Source: Octopus sinensis (taxonomy: Eukaryota). Taken from it: DNA of 64,000 bases. This document shows, in pieces, positions 26,682 through 40,637 of the stretch. Below the pieces are notes generated by a model. That model saw only the letters and a list, made by a program, of their open reading frames with translations, made no database searches and was not told the origin of the DNA. Each line of letters starts with the position of its first letter. The first letter of the stretch is position 1. The position numbers and the translations under genes are program-made. The stretch is from assembly GCF_006345805.1 (NCBI RefSeq), contig NC_043003.1, forward strand, positions 33,418,001 to 33,482,000. Reading direction: 5' to 3'.

Positions 26682-26904
26682 ATTGATAATAAGGGGAATG
26701 TAGAAGTTGAACATTCATACTTTAAGTTAATTTCCAGTCAGTATATTCATAATAATTGTCCGACATATGTTTCGAGCGCAATAAAACTGCTTGCACAATA
26801 TGCAGTTAGTGCAATCGAAACACGTGTTGGACAATTATTATGAATAAGCTACTTCAATAAACATTAGTTGAATGTTCGAATTCTCAATTCTCCTTATTAT
26901 CAAT
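26682..26904. repeat. Diverged fold-back inverted repeat, Penelope pseudo-LTR-like
   Basis: ATTGATAATAAGG...ATTCATAATAATTGTCCGACATATGTTTCGA pairs with TCGAAACACGTGTTGGACAATTATTATGAAT...CCTTATTATCAAT. Each arm carries GAAAC-N4-GTY. Confidence 0.75.
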
Positions 26905-26980
26905 GTTGTACTATATATATATATATATATATAATATATATATATTATCTATAATAAATTTAAATAAATATATATATATA

Positions 26981-27066
<86 letters not shown>

Positions 27067-27208
27067 ATGTGTGTGTGTGTGTGTGTTTGTATGTATATAT
27101 GTATATATATATATATGTATATATATGTATGTATATATACATGCATTCATGCATATACATACATACATATATACATACATACATATATACCTACATATAC
27201 ATATATAT

Positions 27209-28411
27209 ATTGGTCTGAGCAATAAGTATCCAGACTGTTGCCATAGTAACGAAGCTAAAGTACGCAGAGGGAAGCCGCTCGGCACACATTGACCTTAATC
27301 TCTGTTGTGTATGTGCACTAAGTTTTAACTTATTAGCTCACTTCCGCTCTTTATTGTAGTGCTTGGAAGGAACATGGGTAGCGTGTGACCGTCGCATTGA
27401 CCATGACAGAAAAAATTTAGCAGAAAATCTGCATGAAGTTTTGCCAGATGCTTGGCGATATCTGCTCAGAGGCCTACGCAAAGTTGCAGAAAGTGTATGG
27501 AGAGGATCATATGAGCCGCACACAAGTGTAAGAGTGCTTCAGACGTTACCAAGTTGGTCGAAAAAATGTCGATATTGACGAATGTTCTGTGGGACCCGCA
27601 ACAAGCAGAACTGAGAAAAACACTGCAGATGTGCCTGGAACAGTGAGGGGAAATCATCGAATCACCATCCGTGAGTAATCAGAAGATGTGCAGATTAGGT
27701 ACGGTTCAGTTCAATCCATTATCACTGGAGATTTTGGTATGAGACGCGCGTCTGCCAAGTTTGTGCCAAAACTGCTTTCAACTGACCAAAAAAGACACTT
27801 AGGTTTCAGTTGCACATGATCTCCTTGATTATGTCGAGAACGATTAAAAGTTTTTGAAAACGGTCATAACCGGTGATGAATCGAAGACCCCAACCTTTTC
27901 GAGACAGAAGCAAGCACGAATGAGTCGAAGCGATGTGAAGACACTGTTGACCGTTCTCTTCGACTACAAGGGGATTGTTCATCATGAGTATTCTTCGGGA
28001 AAGGACACAATTGCACGTGTCTTGTGCGTTGTAATTGAACCATGACGACACACCTGCCCATCCAGTGCAGCTTGTGCAACAGTTTTTGGTTAGGCACAGC
28101 ATTCCCCAGGTCCGACAGCCACTGTATCCCCCAGATTTCACCACTTGCGACTTAGTCCTCTTTCCAATAGTCAAAAACCCGCTTGAAAGGAAGATTTCAA
28201 GATATCGAGGAAATCAAAGTGAATGCGACGAGGCAGCTGCTGATTAGCCCAGAAAACGAGTTCCACGCATGCTTCCATCAATGAAAATAGAGCTGGATTA
28301 ATTATGTGTCTTCTGAAGGGGACTACTGTCAAGGTCATTAAATGCCAAATTGGTACGTTCTGTAGTTTTGTTTTTATAACACCAGTCCGGATATTTATTG
28401 ATCAGACCTCG
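27209..28411 (+). mobile_element. Near full-length mariner (irritans-like TIR), inactivated
   Basis: TIRs GGTCTGAGCAATAAGTATCCAGACTG / CAGTCCGGATATTTATTGATCAGACCTCG. Motifs SAKFVPKLLS, VITGDES, HDDTPAH, YPPDFTTCDLVLF. Confidence 0.9.
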
Positions 28412-28999
28412 TGTATATATATATATATATGTCATGATAGATCGTTAGCCCCTACACACATTTTTTTCTCTCCTTGTTTCTGTCGTTCTTTCGGTAAAAG
28501 ACTTTTTCTATTCCAGAGCGTTATACTAATACATATGTTTGTTTTGTACACCACCTATCTTCGTCTTTTGTTTTTTTCGTAAAATTTCCCTATATATATA
28601 TATATATAGTTTACATACGCATACATACATATGCATGCATATACATAAAACGGAATGCATATGTTAGTACGTCCGTCTCCGAAATTATACTATTTTATAT
28701 CCTGCGCACTATAATTTCCCAAAATGAAGGGTGTTATAATATGCTCTGTCCTAAAAATAAATTGGGGGCTGATACGATTCATTAAACATGTGAAGATGCA
28801 GCCACAGCTGATCCACTGCCTAATGACTGAAAACAATAAAAATGTATGTGTCAATTTTGGATTCATCCTATGATAAATGTGAAAATACCATACGAGATAC
28901 GATAAATCATTTAATTTAAAGATGTAAATCTCCTAGAACATATACACCGATGATATACAGTTTCAAAATCTTATAAATAAAATACGGAAATGGATTTAT

Positions 29000-29600
29000 T
29001 TAAGCAACATGTAGAAATACAAGTAACACCATTATTCGTATGCAATTTTCGCTATTCTTTTGCGTAATTGGAAGTATGTTTTGCAGCGCTATTAACCGAT
29101 CTACTCATGAGGGTTAGTATTTCAATGCATTTTACTCTGTTAATTGTTGTATCCAACAAGGCACTACAAACATCCTCTTGATATGTGTAGATATCTCTGT
29201 ATATCTGCATTGTATTCTCATGACCAAAAGGAATGCTTCGCAACAAGAAACGTATTATATAGATCAATTTTACTAGTCACAGGGTCTGGAGTTTTGGTCA
29301 TAAAATTCAGCAACTAAATGGAATTAGTCTGGATATCCAGAACATTAATGCCAGCATTTAAAATATGCCCTCCAAAATACATTGACAGGCTATATTTATC
29401 AGAAGTAGACGGTAGAATTTGACTGTTACAATTACGAAACTTATACACGATAATTACCGTAGCCATAAAAGGCATGGAAGAATGTTAGTAGCCGAAGTAT
29501 GACAAATACATGTTCTTCCTTTTGAAAAAAGATTGACAAATATAGGAAAATATGTTTGGCAAATTGGACCAGAGATGTAAAGCTGAGAGCGAATAATTAG
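29000..29600 (-). mobile_element. Possible ancient LINE ORF2 C-terminal remnant
   Basis: ORF 29485..29718 contains SALHLWSNLPNIF...SFFKR, resembling the WNxLP..FK terminus of CR1/L2/Jockey ORF2. Confidence 0.3.
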
Positions 29601-29639
29601 AAGGAGAAATGAATATATATATATATTGTATATATATAA

Positions 29640-29685
<46 letters not shown>

Positions 29686-29708
29686 TATATATATATACAT
29701 GCATACAT

Positions 29709-29754
<46 letters not shown>

Positions 29755-29860
29755 GTCTATTTATCTATCTATCTATCTATCTATCTCTATCTATATATAT
29801 GTATATACATACACATATATATATATACATACATATATATATACATACATATATACATAC

Positions 29861-29917
<57 letters not shown>

Positions 29918-30490
29918 AATTGTCAATATACTTTTACAATCTAAAATCAACATGTATGACAGATAGTATTACTGTCTCCTATGGTTAATACATAAAGCTT
30001 GAGACTGCTGTTATCTACGTCACAGAACGAGTGCAGTAACATCTTTTACTACTTAAAAGTGTTTTAGGAATCATATACGATAACTGGAGACGTTGGTTTT
30101 CCGGTAAGGAAAAAATAATCATAATTTTATTATAGTACTTTTTCAGCCCAAATCAAATCTAATTCAGCGCATCAATGAGTAAAGTTCTTTAAACCCTGGT
30201 AAAATTAAAAAGAAAATTTTTCCAGTGTTTTCGGAAATAAACGAAGTCTCTAATTTTACGAGAATAATGTTCGACTTCAAGAATTTTCAACTGTTGATTC
30301 TAGTAGGCTATACGAAACTTCAGAGTACATTGTGACAAATATGACACAGCAGGTAAATAGACTTACACAAATATCATATGTGTTGTTGCGCAAGAATGCT
30401 TACGGAGCGTGTACGTGGGTGCGTTTATGTGCGTGTGTGCATGTAGCTCTCTCTATATTTCCCTCTGCCCCCTCTGTCTCTGTCTCTCTG

Positions 30491-30520
<30 letters not shown>

Positions 30521-30523
<3 letters not shown>

Positions 30524-30801
30524 GCGCAATGGCCCAGTGGTTAGGGCAGCGGACTCGCGGTCGTAGGATCGCGGTTTCGATTCCCAGTTGTGAGTGTTTA
30601 TTGAGCGAAAACACCTAAAGCTCCACGAGGCTCCTGCAGGGGGTGGTAGGGATCCCTACTGTACTCTTTCGTCACAACTTTCTCTCACTCTTTCTTCTGT
30701 TGGCCTGTCCGCTTGGCATCATTTGAAGGCTAAAACAATGCGAAGCGCATTGTGACCAGCGATGTGTAGCAACATCTGATAGCCTGGTCTGTCACGGTGA
30801 T
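30521..30801 (+). mobile_element. tRNA-derived SINE, family A
   Basis: Same head and tail type as 5715; sits between (GA)n and (TA)n. Confidence 0.85.
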
Positions 30802-30809
30802 ATATATAT

Positions 30810-32690
30810 GTTACTCAAATGAATTCCAACTCTGTTTATCACGTTTTATTTATAATCTTATAATATTAATATAAGATATAAAATAATATATGAAAAAGAA
30901 ATGAAATGAAGTATTAATTATCTATTCTTATTGAACAAATGAAATATCAAATGTCCATTCTTATTGAAATAGTATACTTTCTTGCATTTATGCAATCTTC
31001 AGATTGTAGTGACAGTTGTGTTTAGTGGTTTCAACTGTGGTTGACTGGTTAAATTTTGTCTTGTATATACATTCCTATGGGTAGATGTAGTTGTTGCTTG
31101 GCTATTTTTAGAAATGATGCCATACCATTTTTCAGTGTTTAGTTTTAGAAATAATGACAGCAGTACGTTTTAGAGATTTATATTTTTTAGATATGGGGAT
31201 AAGACTTTTAAACTCTAGAAAAGATTATTTTTATTATTGTTTATTAAGCTTGGGTTTGAATTTATCAATAAAGCCGTTTTCTCTCAGTTTTCTCTCGATT
31301 TCATTCGGATTGTATAGTTTATGAAAAGGAAATATTATAAATATTTTCCGGCCACATGTTGCTAGGTGGTTACTCAGCGGGATTTGGCGGACTTCTGGAT
31401 TTTTAATTTGTTGTCGGTGCACTCGTGAGCATTCTGATAGTGCATTGCCTGTCTGGCCAACATACAATTCTTCACAATTCGAGCATTTGATGCAGTAGAT
31501 TAAATTTCTGCTTTTGCAGTTCTTATTTGCGTTTGTGAATATTTTCCCCGTGTTTGTGTTCATATATGGACCGGTATGAATTAATTGGCATGTACCGCAT
31601 CGACTATCTTTGCATTTAGACATCGGCCATCATAGCATTGGTCTTTTTTGCTAAGGTTAAACCTTGCCTTTGTTAATAACTTTTTCAAGCTTTTAGGCTG
31701 TCTTTTACTGAGAATTATAGTTCGGTCTTTAATGATATCCCTTAATTCCTTACTTTGATTGGTAGGATTGCGTGTCACTATAAATGGTATGATTTGTTCT
31801 TGTTTTTTTCTTCTTTGTGTAGTCCTCAGTTGTGTAGGTAGTTTGATAGCCCGATGAATATCATTTGCTATAAGTAGTGACGGGTATTTTTGTTTGAGCA
31901 GAAATTCTTTCAGTTCCATCAGGCGCTGATTCTTGATTTCAAATCTTCTACAATGGTACAGATTCTTATGGTTAAGCAGTATGGGATGTTACGTTTTGTA
32001 TGCGGTGTATGGCACAACTTAAAATTCAGGTATTGATGTGTATCGGTGTGTTTATAATATATATCTGTGGTAATAGTTGTACTGCTCATCTTCTTTGTAA
32101 ATTGGATGGTTGTGTGTCGGTTGTTCAGGAGGATATTGAATTCTTCCACAGTGTTTTGAGATTTTGTCCAGATTATGAAGCAATCATCGAGGTATCTCTT
32201 CAATGCTTTTTCAATATACTTCCTAAATTCAGTGCTGTATCTCTCCTCGATTTCCTATTTTTGTTCTTGTTTTTGTTCTAAGTATCCCATCACCGAGTTC
32301 GCGTGAAAGGCAGCAAATCTCGTTCCCATAGCCGTGCCTTTATTTTGGATGTAGTTCTTTCCCTTGAAGAAGAAAGTTGTTTTCCAGAATAAGTCTGAGT
32401 CTAATATAAATGTCACTGTGAATCTGTTGGGAATTGCTTCTCTGTGTTTATCTACCCAGTATTTAATTGACTTTATTCCTAAATCATGTGAGATATTGGT
32501 GTAAAGGCTTACTACATCAAAGCTCAGTAGGACTGAGTTTGTTTCAGGTGTTTTGGGAAGATGGGACAGGAAATCGATGTCATCCCGAATGAAGCTGGGA
32601 ATGTAGGTGCTTAGTAGTTTCAAAATAATGTCGATGAAATTGCTTAGACGATGGGTAGGGCATACTGAACCAGCTATAATTGGTCTGATG
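30810..32690 (-). mobile_element. Penelope-like element (RT + GIY-YIG endonuclease), degraded and 5'-truncated
   Basis: RPIIAG, SFDVVSLYTNI, YIQNKGTAMGT, RYLDDCF, DIYYKHTDTHQYLNF, then CKDSRCGTC and NLIYCIKCSNCEELYVGQT..HR..HL (GIY-YIG with Cys/His ligands) in ORF 31234..31623. Confidence 0.93.
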
Positions 32691-33454
32691 ATGCGTGGGA
32701 AGATAAATGGAGACAGATCGTCACCACAATTAGTGATCATTTCAAACACCATGATATTGAAGGGGTGTTTAGTTTTTATCACTTTCCGTACATATTTTGA
32801 GGACACGGCAAGCCAATGATTGTGCTCTGTGTCCACCATCTGATCCTCGCAGAAATTGTTCTCATCTGAGGAGAACCAAAGCATTTTAGGTTGGAGGGGA
32901 TGTTTGAGTTTGTTCAAAAGCTTCATAGCGCGTTCTTTCCTCTTGTCTTTAATGGCATAGGGATAAAAATTGTCCCTTTCTCATCATGTATGAGGAATAC
33001 CTAATGTCTTCATGCACTACCTACCTGGTATGAAATTCAGGCACTCCCATAACCCTGGCGATGGACCTGATTGATTTGGAGAGATCGATGTCAATCATGG
33101 CCATGATGTCACCAACACATGCAGGACTTCCTTTCTTATCAGACTGAGTTTTCCGAGCTGCTGTACCTTCATAATCACCACTAAACTTATTCAATTTTTC
33201 CGAATCCTTTGGACTGTCCTCAGATTGACACCCAAACACTGTGAAATATTCATACTGGAGCTTCCAGCACGAATACCAAGCAATACAACATATCGTTTTC
33301 AACTTTCTGGCAGAGGGGATTGCGTCATGGTGCTGTTTTTCTCACAGAGGGTGCCCAACTGACTCTACTATTCTGTATGTAGTAGATAAAATCCAAAACA
33401 ACGTGTATGCGCAAAATTTAAAATATAAAATGACATCAATTTACACATCGCAAC

Positions 33455-33458
<4 letters not shown>
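32690..33458 (-). mobile_element. 5' half of a maT/DD37D-like Tc1-mariner transposon
   Basis: KSIRSIARVMGVPEF (HTH), WFSSDENNF, KTKHPFNIMVF...PFIFP. Truncated where the PLE RT begins. Confidence 0.8.
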
Positions 33459-33491
<33 letters not shown>

Positions 33492-33677
33492 CATAGGTAT
33501 ATATATGTACATACATATGCATGTGTATATATATATATATATGCATACATACACATTATATATGTATATATATATACACATATACGTATCTATGTACATG
33601 TACGTACATATGTACGAACATACGTATATATGTATATATGTGTACACACTCATATCTATATCTATCTCTCTATATAT

Positions 33678-33730
<53 letters not shown>

Positions 33731-34554
33731 CATATATTTAAATATGTATATGAGTGCTTATGTACGTCTGTGTATACGGGTTGGATGTGGGGTGTATATG
33801 TGTGCATGATGCAGTGCTATAAACGGAAATACAGGAAAAGAATCGAAAGATATAGAAACGTGAGATCTGATTAATACAATTACATTTTAATGTGGTCTAT
33901 TGGGTAAGAAGTTTCGTACTCTAATGTTTTAGTATACGCCTGCTTTCCAACTATTATTGTTCAGAAATCACTAAAATTGTACAAAAATATAATGCAAAGA
34001 ATTAGAAAACGTAAGAAAGAAAATAAAGTTTGAAAAAAGCTGCAATAAATTTGTAACAAAAACAAAAATATAATAAACATAATCAAAGATTTTGACGAAA
34101 AGTCGAAAAAAAATCTAAATTAGTCATTAAGTTGCTAATTACATTATAAATTTCATTTTTCTTTCGCGAAATAAAATAAAATCGATTTGCCGAACGTCAA
34201 TAGAAAAAGAGGAGAGTCCAGGAAAATTAGTGAATACATTAGTGCTTTTAAGATAAAATGGCATTCATAGAGGCTATGTTTGACTTTGACCTTCGTAATA
34301 CAATCAGCAACATTTATAAAGTGTTTTATCGTGTTTATTAACTATTGAAGTTCCCATGGTTGAAACCAACTGGCTGCACCCAGTATTTAACGGTGTTAAA
34401 GGTCACGAAATAAAATTAAAAGAAAAAGAAAAAGAAAATAAAGAATACAATATAAATGACACAGCCAAAGTCTGCCAAGTGTGAGAAGATGCAACATTAC
34501 AGACGAGGAGAAATACTTGGTAGATTGCATTTAATTCGACACGCCATCACCAGT

Positions 34555-35040
34555 CTCTCTCGCCCCACCTCTCTCTCTCTCTCTCACACACGCTTTCTGT
34601 CTTACTTTCTGTCTTTCTCTCACTCCCTCACACACACACATACGCTCTCTTTCTCTGTCTCTCTCACATTCTCTCTTTTCTCTCTCTCTCTCGCTTGCTT
34701 TCTGTCTTTCTCTATTTCCTTTTCAACATCTCTCTCTCTCGCTTTCTGTTTTCCTCCCTGTCACACTTTCTCTGTCTCGCCTTTTGTTTTTCTCTCTCTC
34801 TGACTTTCTGTCTTTCTGTCGCTTTTGTTCTTTCCATATCTCTCACTCATACTCTCTCTTGCTTTCTGCCTTCTTCTCGCTTCCTCATTCTCGTATTCTG
34901 TTTCTCTCCCTTATTGGCTCTCTCTCTCTCTCTCTCCATCTCTCTGCCTCTCTCTCTCCATCTCTCTGCCTCTCTCTCTCTGGCTCTCTCTCTCTCTCTC
35001 TCGCTCTTCTCTCTTTCTAATGTTATTTCTGATGTTTCTC
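34555..35040. repeat. Long degenerate (CT)n polypyrimidine tract
   Basis: Directly visible. Confidence 0.9.
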
Positions 35041-35045
35041 TCAGG

Positions 35046-35079
<34 letters not shown>

Positions 35080-36042
35080 CCCTTGTTATTTACTAAATAT
35101 AGTAAAAACGCATTTTTTACAGTTTATTTTCTACTTAACTTTTCATCATCAACGATATCTATTTGTGTCTGATTACTGCTAATGACACATCAATGCACGA
35201 ATGAAGTACAAAGAGAAGTAATGCTTCCCGTGCACTGTAACTATGTAACTATGGAAGTGGATTCAATTAGCTGACACCGGGAAACGAAACCATGTAACAA
35301 ACCAAGCAAGGGAACATGTACTTGACCTCTCTACACGCTAGAAATAGCAGCTGAATCCCCCTTACGCTTGCGTATCTCATCTTACCGTCTTAAATCAAGG
35401 AATAATAATTGCATTAGGTTGGCCCCGCGCACCCTGGTCGTTAAGCTGTTACTATCAAGAAGAGGTGGTGTGGTCGCTTCTTGAACTGGGCAGTGTATTG
35501 TGGCCTTCAGCAAGGTATTTCATGTTACGTTACTCTTGTATATTAAACTCTTGGCTATTATCTCTGGTCAAAGTTAGCAAGGCTAAAAGGGTGCTTTTTC
35601 CTACTCTTGATTATATAGGTACCTAATGCAATTAGTGAAACCTGGGTACGTAGAACAAGATATATTCGCTTCCATGTGACGACTATGCCAAATACATACG
35701 TCTGCATAAAAAAGGGGCTCGTCTGATTAGAAAGATATCGATAACAGGCGTGATTGATCAAAGACAACCAAGATGTTACATATGGCAATCATTTAACAGA
35801 ATTGTCCACGGCGTTTTATAAATACTCGCCATTCTTTCTATGTTTGAAGATTATGTCTTTATTTCTATTACTGAGATCAACAAATTAATTCCTTTATTAG
35901 AGATTGCACAGCTATCCATCACCATTGAGTATCACTTAGTAGCATGTACCATAGCTTCACTTATTCTTTGAAGACAACAACAGCATCTTGAACAAACTCA
36001 AATGCCACCAACACCACCACCAATACCCCCATATTCACGCTC

Positions 36043-36345
36043 AGGAGGCACATGGCCTAGTGGTTAGAACAGCGGACTCAATGTCGAGGGATCACGGGTT
36101 CGAATCTCAGACCGGGCGATGTGTGTGTTTATGAGCGAAACACCTAAGCTCCACGCAGCTCCGGCAGAAGGTAATGGCGAAACTTCTGCTGATTCTTTCG
36201 CCACAACTTTCTCTCACTCTTTCCTCCTGAATCTTGCAGCTCACCTGCAACGGACCGGCGTCCCGTCTAGGTGGGGAACCTATACGCCAAGGAAACCGGG
36301 AAACTGGCCCTTATGAGCCAGGCATGGCTGGAGAAGGAACAAACA
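36043..36345 (+). mobile_element. tRNA-derived SINE, family A variant
   Basis: GGAGGCACATGGCCTAGTGGTTAG...GGGTTCGAATCTC head; GAAACCGGGAAAC tail shared with 45373. Degenerate TSD ATATTCACGCTC / ATATCCACTCTG. Confidence 0.8.
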
Positions 36346-36910
36346 ATATCCACTCTGCCTTCGACCTAGTAGAGTATCTAGATTGTAACAACTCGAGTGA
36401 AAGACGGCTGCAACAGAACCCGACTGATATTTGACACATCTGATTAGAGTGAAGCCACATGAAAGAAAGTACCTTAAGAAAACTCTGAGAGGCTTGATCA
36501 AAGAAGTAAGTCCACGACCTGATGATTATAGAAGACAAACAGGATATTGACAAAGATTGTAGCATTTAAATAATTTTTGCTAGAAGCTGACATAAAATAT
36601 TTATTGTTTAGGGAAGCTGGTTTTGATCACTTAGGTCAATGATCACAGGCATTTCAGGCGTGACCTCGTCATCATTGGTCCCTGTTTATGGTCATAGATT
36701 TTAGCTCGGACTATATTTTCTAATGTTATGTTTTATGAAATCCATGAGTAATTTAAGGGAGATAAATCGGCTTTTTGAAGCGGATCGAGCAAAGGTGCAG
36801 AATGCCACAAGATCCAGTATTCAAGTATGGTTATAGCATTTTTACCTGACGTCTACTCAAATACACTTTTGAAAAAGTGTGCTTTTACATACTTTTTAAA
36901 AATCAAAAAT

Positions 36911-36954
<44 letters not shown>

Positions 36955-37509
36955 ACACACACACACACACAGACACACACACACACACGCACACACATAC
37001 AGACATTTTGCCTGCGAAGTATTTGCGATCTAAGTAAAATTTCTGTTACTTATATTATTGTTGTCTTTAAATGTTTAAACCTATTTTCATAGGCAATCCA
37101 ACTGTAACCAATCCGTCCATTCTTCATGTTCATTCTATCCCATGATGTTCTTTTCTTCTTTTGAAACTGTAAGATCTTAATTTGAATGGAACATTCCATT
37201 TATTGGGTCGTGTTTTAAAAGTTGATGTTTTCTTTAGCTCCAAATCAACACCGATCGAGCAAAATTTGAATCGAGCTTTTCCAGTCGTGTTGTTTCATTT
37301 TATTTATACAGACGTGTTGTACCATATTTTTCAATATATTCTCTTCATATACAATTTATTTGGCTTTGATTTCAAAAGAAATTGCTACTATTTCTAGTAG
37401 GCTCCAGTCATACGCTGAAATATTTCATTAAATTTCGTATTTTCAATAAGCTTCTTTCTTTCATACTTATTTTCTTTCTTTCTTCCTTTTTTTTTTATCT
37501 GTCTGTCTT

Positions 37510-37579
<70 letters not shown>

Positions 37580-37598
37580 CAGCTTATCTGTCTATCTG

Positions 37599-37662
<64 letters not shown>

Positions 37663-37783
37663 CCTATCTAACTAACTACCCATCTTTCTATACATATATG
37701 AGATTGTGTGATGTGAGTGTCTGATGATCATATGTGTGAATGTGTATTAATGAGCGTATATGTATATACATACATGCATGCAT

Positions 37784-37819
<36 letters not shown>

Positions 37820-38059
37820 GAGTAAGTCTATTGATGTATTAGTGCGACTGTGCGTGTGTTTAGCTCGATATGGTTATTTCAAAGTAGTTATACGACAGAG
37901 ATTGTATCAACTCTGGACAGATGAGCGGCTGAATACTAATGTGATCCAACCATGAGACACAGCCATTCTCTGCGCCTTTACACATATCTCATTATTAGGT
38001 TTTGTACGAGGGCTTTCATTATATCTCCAGAACATATATACGTATTCACATATATATGC

Positions 38060-38100
<41 letters not shown>

Positions 38101-38140
38101 TATACATACATATATATATGTATATATATATGTGTGTATA

Positions 38141-38201
<61 letters not shown>

Positions 38202-38657
38202 TAATCTCCTTTATTTTCGTTCGAAATATTCAACACGATTCAAATGAACGTTGCATTATCTGCGGATCGACATGTCCTTGATAAAAATAAACACAAAAAG
38301 ATATTTCAGAAAAGTTCTTGTAGTTTCCTTAATACTACCCAATAGATTATAATATAAAGTTTTGAGGAATTCACAGTAGGAAGGTTATCTATGAAATAAG
38401 GTATTGGTAAGCTAAAACAATTTCTTCCCGCAGCCTTTTAGCTTTTATATATTTCCTTAAGTAATGTTTTTTTGTTGTTGCTGTTTTACAAAATAGAAAT
38501 TGCCGGGTTAAATGTTCTGTTTCTTGTGTAAAACCAAATATGGCGAGTACATGTACGGACACATACATAAATATATGCACATATATATATATATATATAT
38601 ATATAATATAAATAATATATATACATATATACATATATATATATATATACATAGAGC

Positions 38658-38704
<47 letters not shown>

Positions 38705-38935
38705 GAGAGAGAGAGAGATGGATATATTGGTACAAGACGTCACCGACAGGAAAGAACATGAAATATGGAAACAAATGAGTTCAATACGCAATCAACGTGA
38801 GAAACAAATGGAACACAGGGCAAGTAACATATATATATACATACGATGGGTGTATGAAAAATCTTGAGCCTCAAAAAAACAGATTGTCCAAGGCTCAAAG
38901 GCCTTGAAGGCTCAAAACTTTTGATACACCCCTCG

Positions 38936-38997
<62 letters not shown>

Positions 38998-39017
38998 TGC
39001 GCACACACACACATACA

Positions 39018-39062
<45 letters not shown>

Positions 39063-39067
39063 CATAT

Positions 39068-39110
<43 letters not shown>

Positions 39111-40590
39111 TGTATGTATGTATATACACACAATAACTACATATAACTGTATACGTATATATACGTTTCTCAACAAGATTCAAAGCTCCTTCAATGGAAT
39201 TCAAATAACATCAGCAAGGTATTTGTACATGTATGTATGTATGCATGTATGTATGTATGTATGTATGTATGTATGTAGTATGTATGTATGTATGTATGTA
39301 TTATGTATGTAAGCAGCATTTGGAGTCAATGCATGTTCAGATTTGTATTTTTTGCTTTACGTATATATTCTCATGCATACAGTTGCATGTCTAATCATGC
39401 GCATACTTCACTTAAATGCTGAACTGGAAAGTTTATTAAATATCTTATAGTTTAAGGAATAGCTTCGATCTCTGATATTCGAATAAGATTTTTCTGTTGT
39501 TTTGAGAAACCGGATTTCTCAATATTAGTGCTCAGGCAGTTTGTTGCAATTATTGTGCCCCAATGATTAGAAATATAAACTTGAACTTGCAATCTGGGAA
39601 GAGTAACTCTTAATTTCTCTATAGCTGGACGTAGGTGTTATCTCTTTAACAAACTTTTGACTTTATGACATCGGCTGTTCATCTTAGTTCTACAAAATAC
39701 ACAGTTTCTCTTCTGCGTCCCAAATTACACTCTACGTTGTGGTTTTCACTGGGAAATTCCACCAGTACGAGTGGCTATGGACTCTCCTGTATCGTAGGTT
39801 CTTATCTTAGCATTGACGTTCCGATGGATCTCATTATACAGCGTATCGACTTCAGCATAATGTCTCAACGGTAGATAAATACCGCGAAGTCATTTTTGGA
39901 CAACTGTTTCTGATGTGGGTTATATCTTCGCACCGCAAAGTCTGCATCGGCTATCACATTTTGGCGTTTCTCCTGCGTCTTTGTACCGCTTCCATTTCAG
40001 GGATTTTGTTGTGGGTTTCTGTTTCTGGATTGCAAATTCCTACCCTTCAAAGTGACAGTAATCCCGTTGTTTATCCATGATAAACTACTTTGAATATCAA
40101 TGTTAATGTCATCGTAGAGTTTACTACTAACGTTTCCATGCATAGTCTTCTGCTGATATGCACTCATCCTTTCATCTAATAATAGCTTACGATAGTGTCA
40201 TCCAAATTCTTTGGGTATGCGAACAAGGCTAGCAGACAAAGAATGCTACTGGACGGGCTACTTTCCAAGTATCATAATGTTATTTGCTTCACGTATGAAA
40301 ACTTGGTCAAAGGTTGCACTACAACACTTGGTGAATAAAAAATGTTGAGGAAGGAATCTGATATGACATTCAAAGGCAATCTGGATCAACTTAAGCCTCT
40401 GCTTCCTTTTTTTCGTTTTAGGTAGAGGCGGTCTACGTCACTGTTGATATGAAAATTATTTGTGCTGTATGTATGTATGTATGTACGTATGTATGTATGT
40501 ATGTATGTATGTATGTATGTATGTATACCAGTTTGTGTGTGCGTTTGTGTGTTTGTGTGCGTACGTACGTAGTATGTGTGTATCTCTCTC

Positions 40591-40637
<47 letters not shown>

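Noticed and set aside
32684-32691. CTGATGA hammerhead-core heptamer at the maT/PLE junction
   Set aside because: No stem II plus GAAA follows; it is the antisense of coding sequence.
38850-38938. Mariner-like TIR end (AAAACTTTTGATACACCCCTCGTA)
   Set aside because: Solo terminus with no partner TIR or coding sequence identified.
39600-40400. Possible very old RT remnant on the minus strand
   Set aside because: Only faint YDD-like and AFxx-like traces; too degraded to classify.
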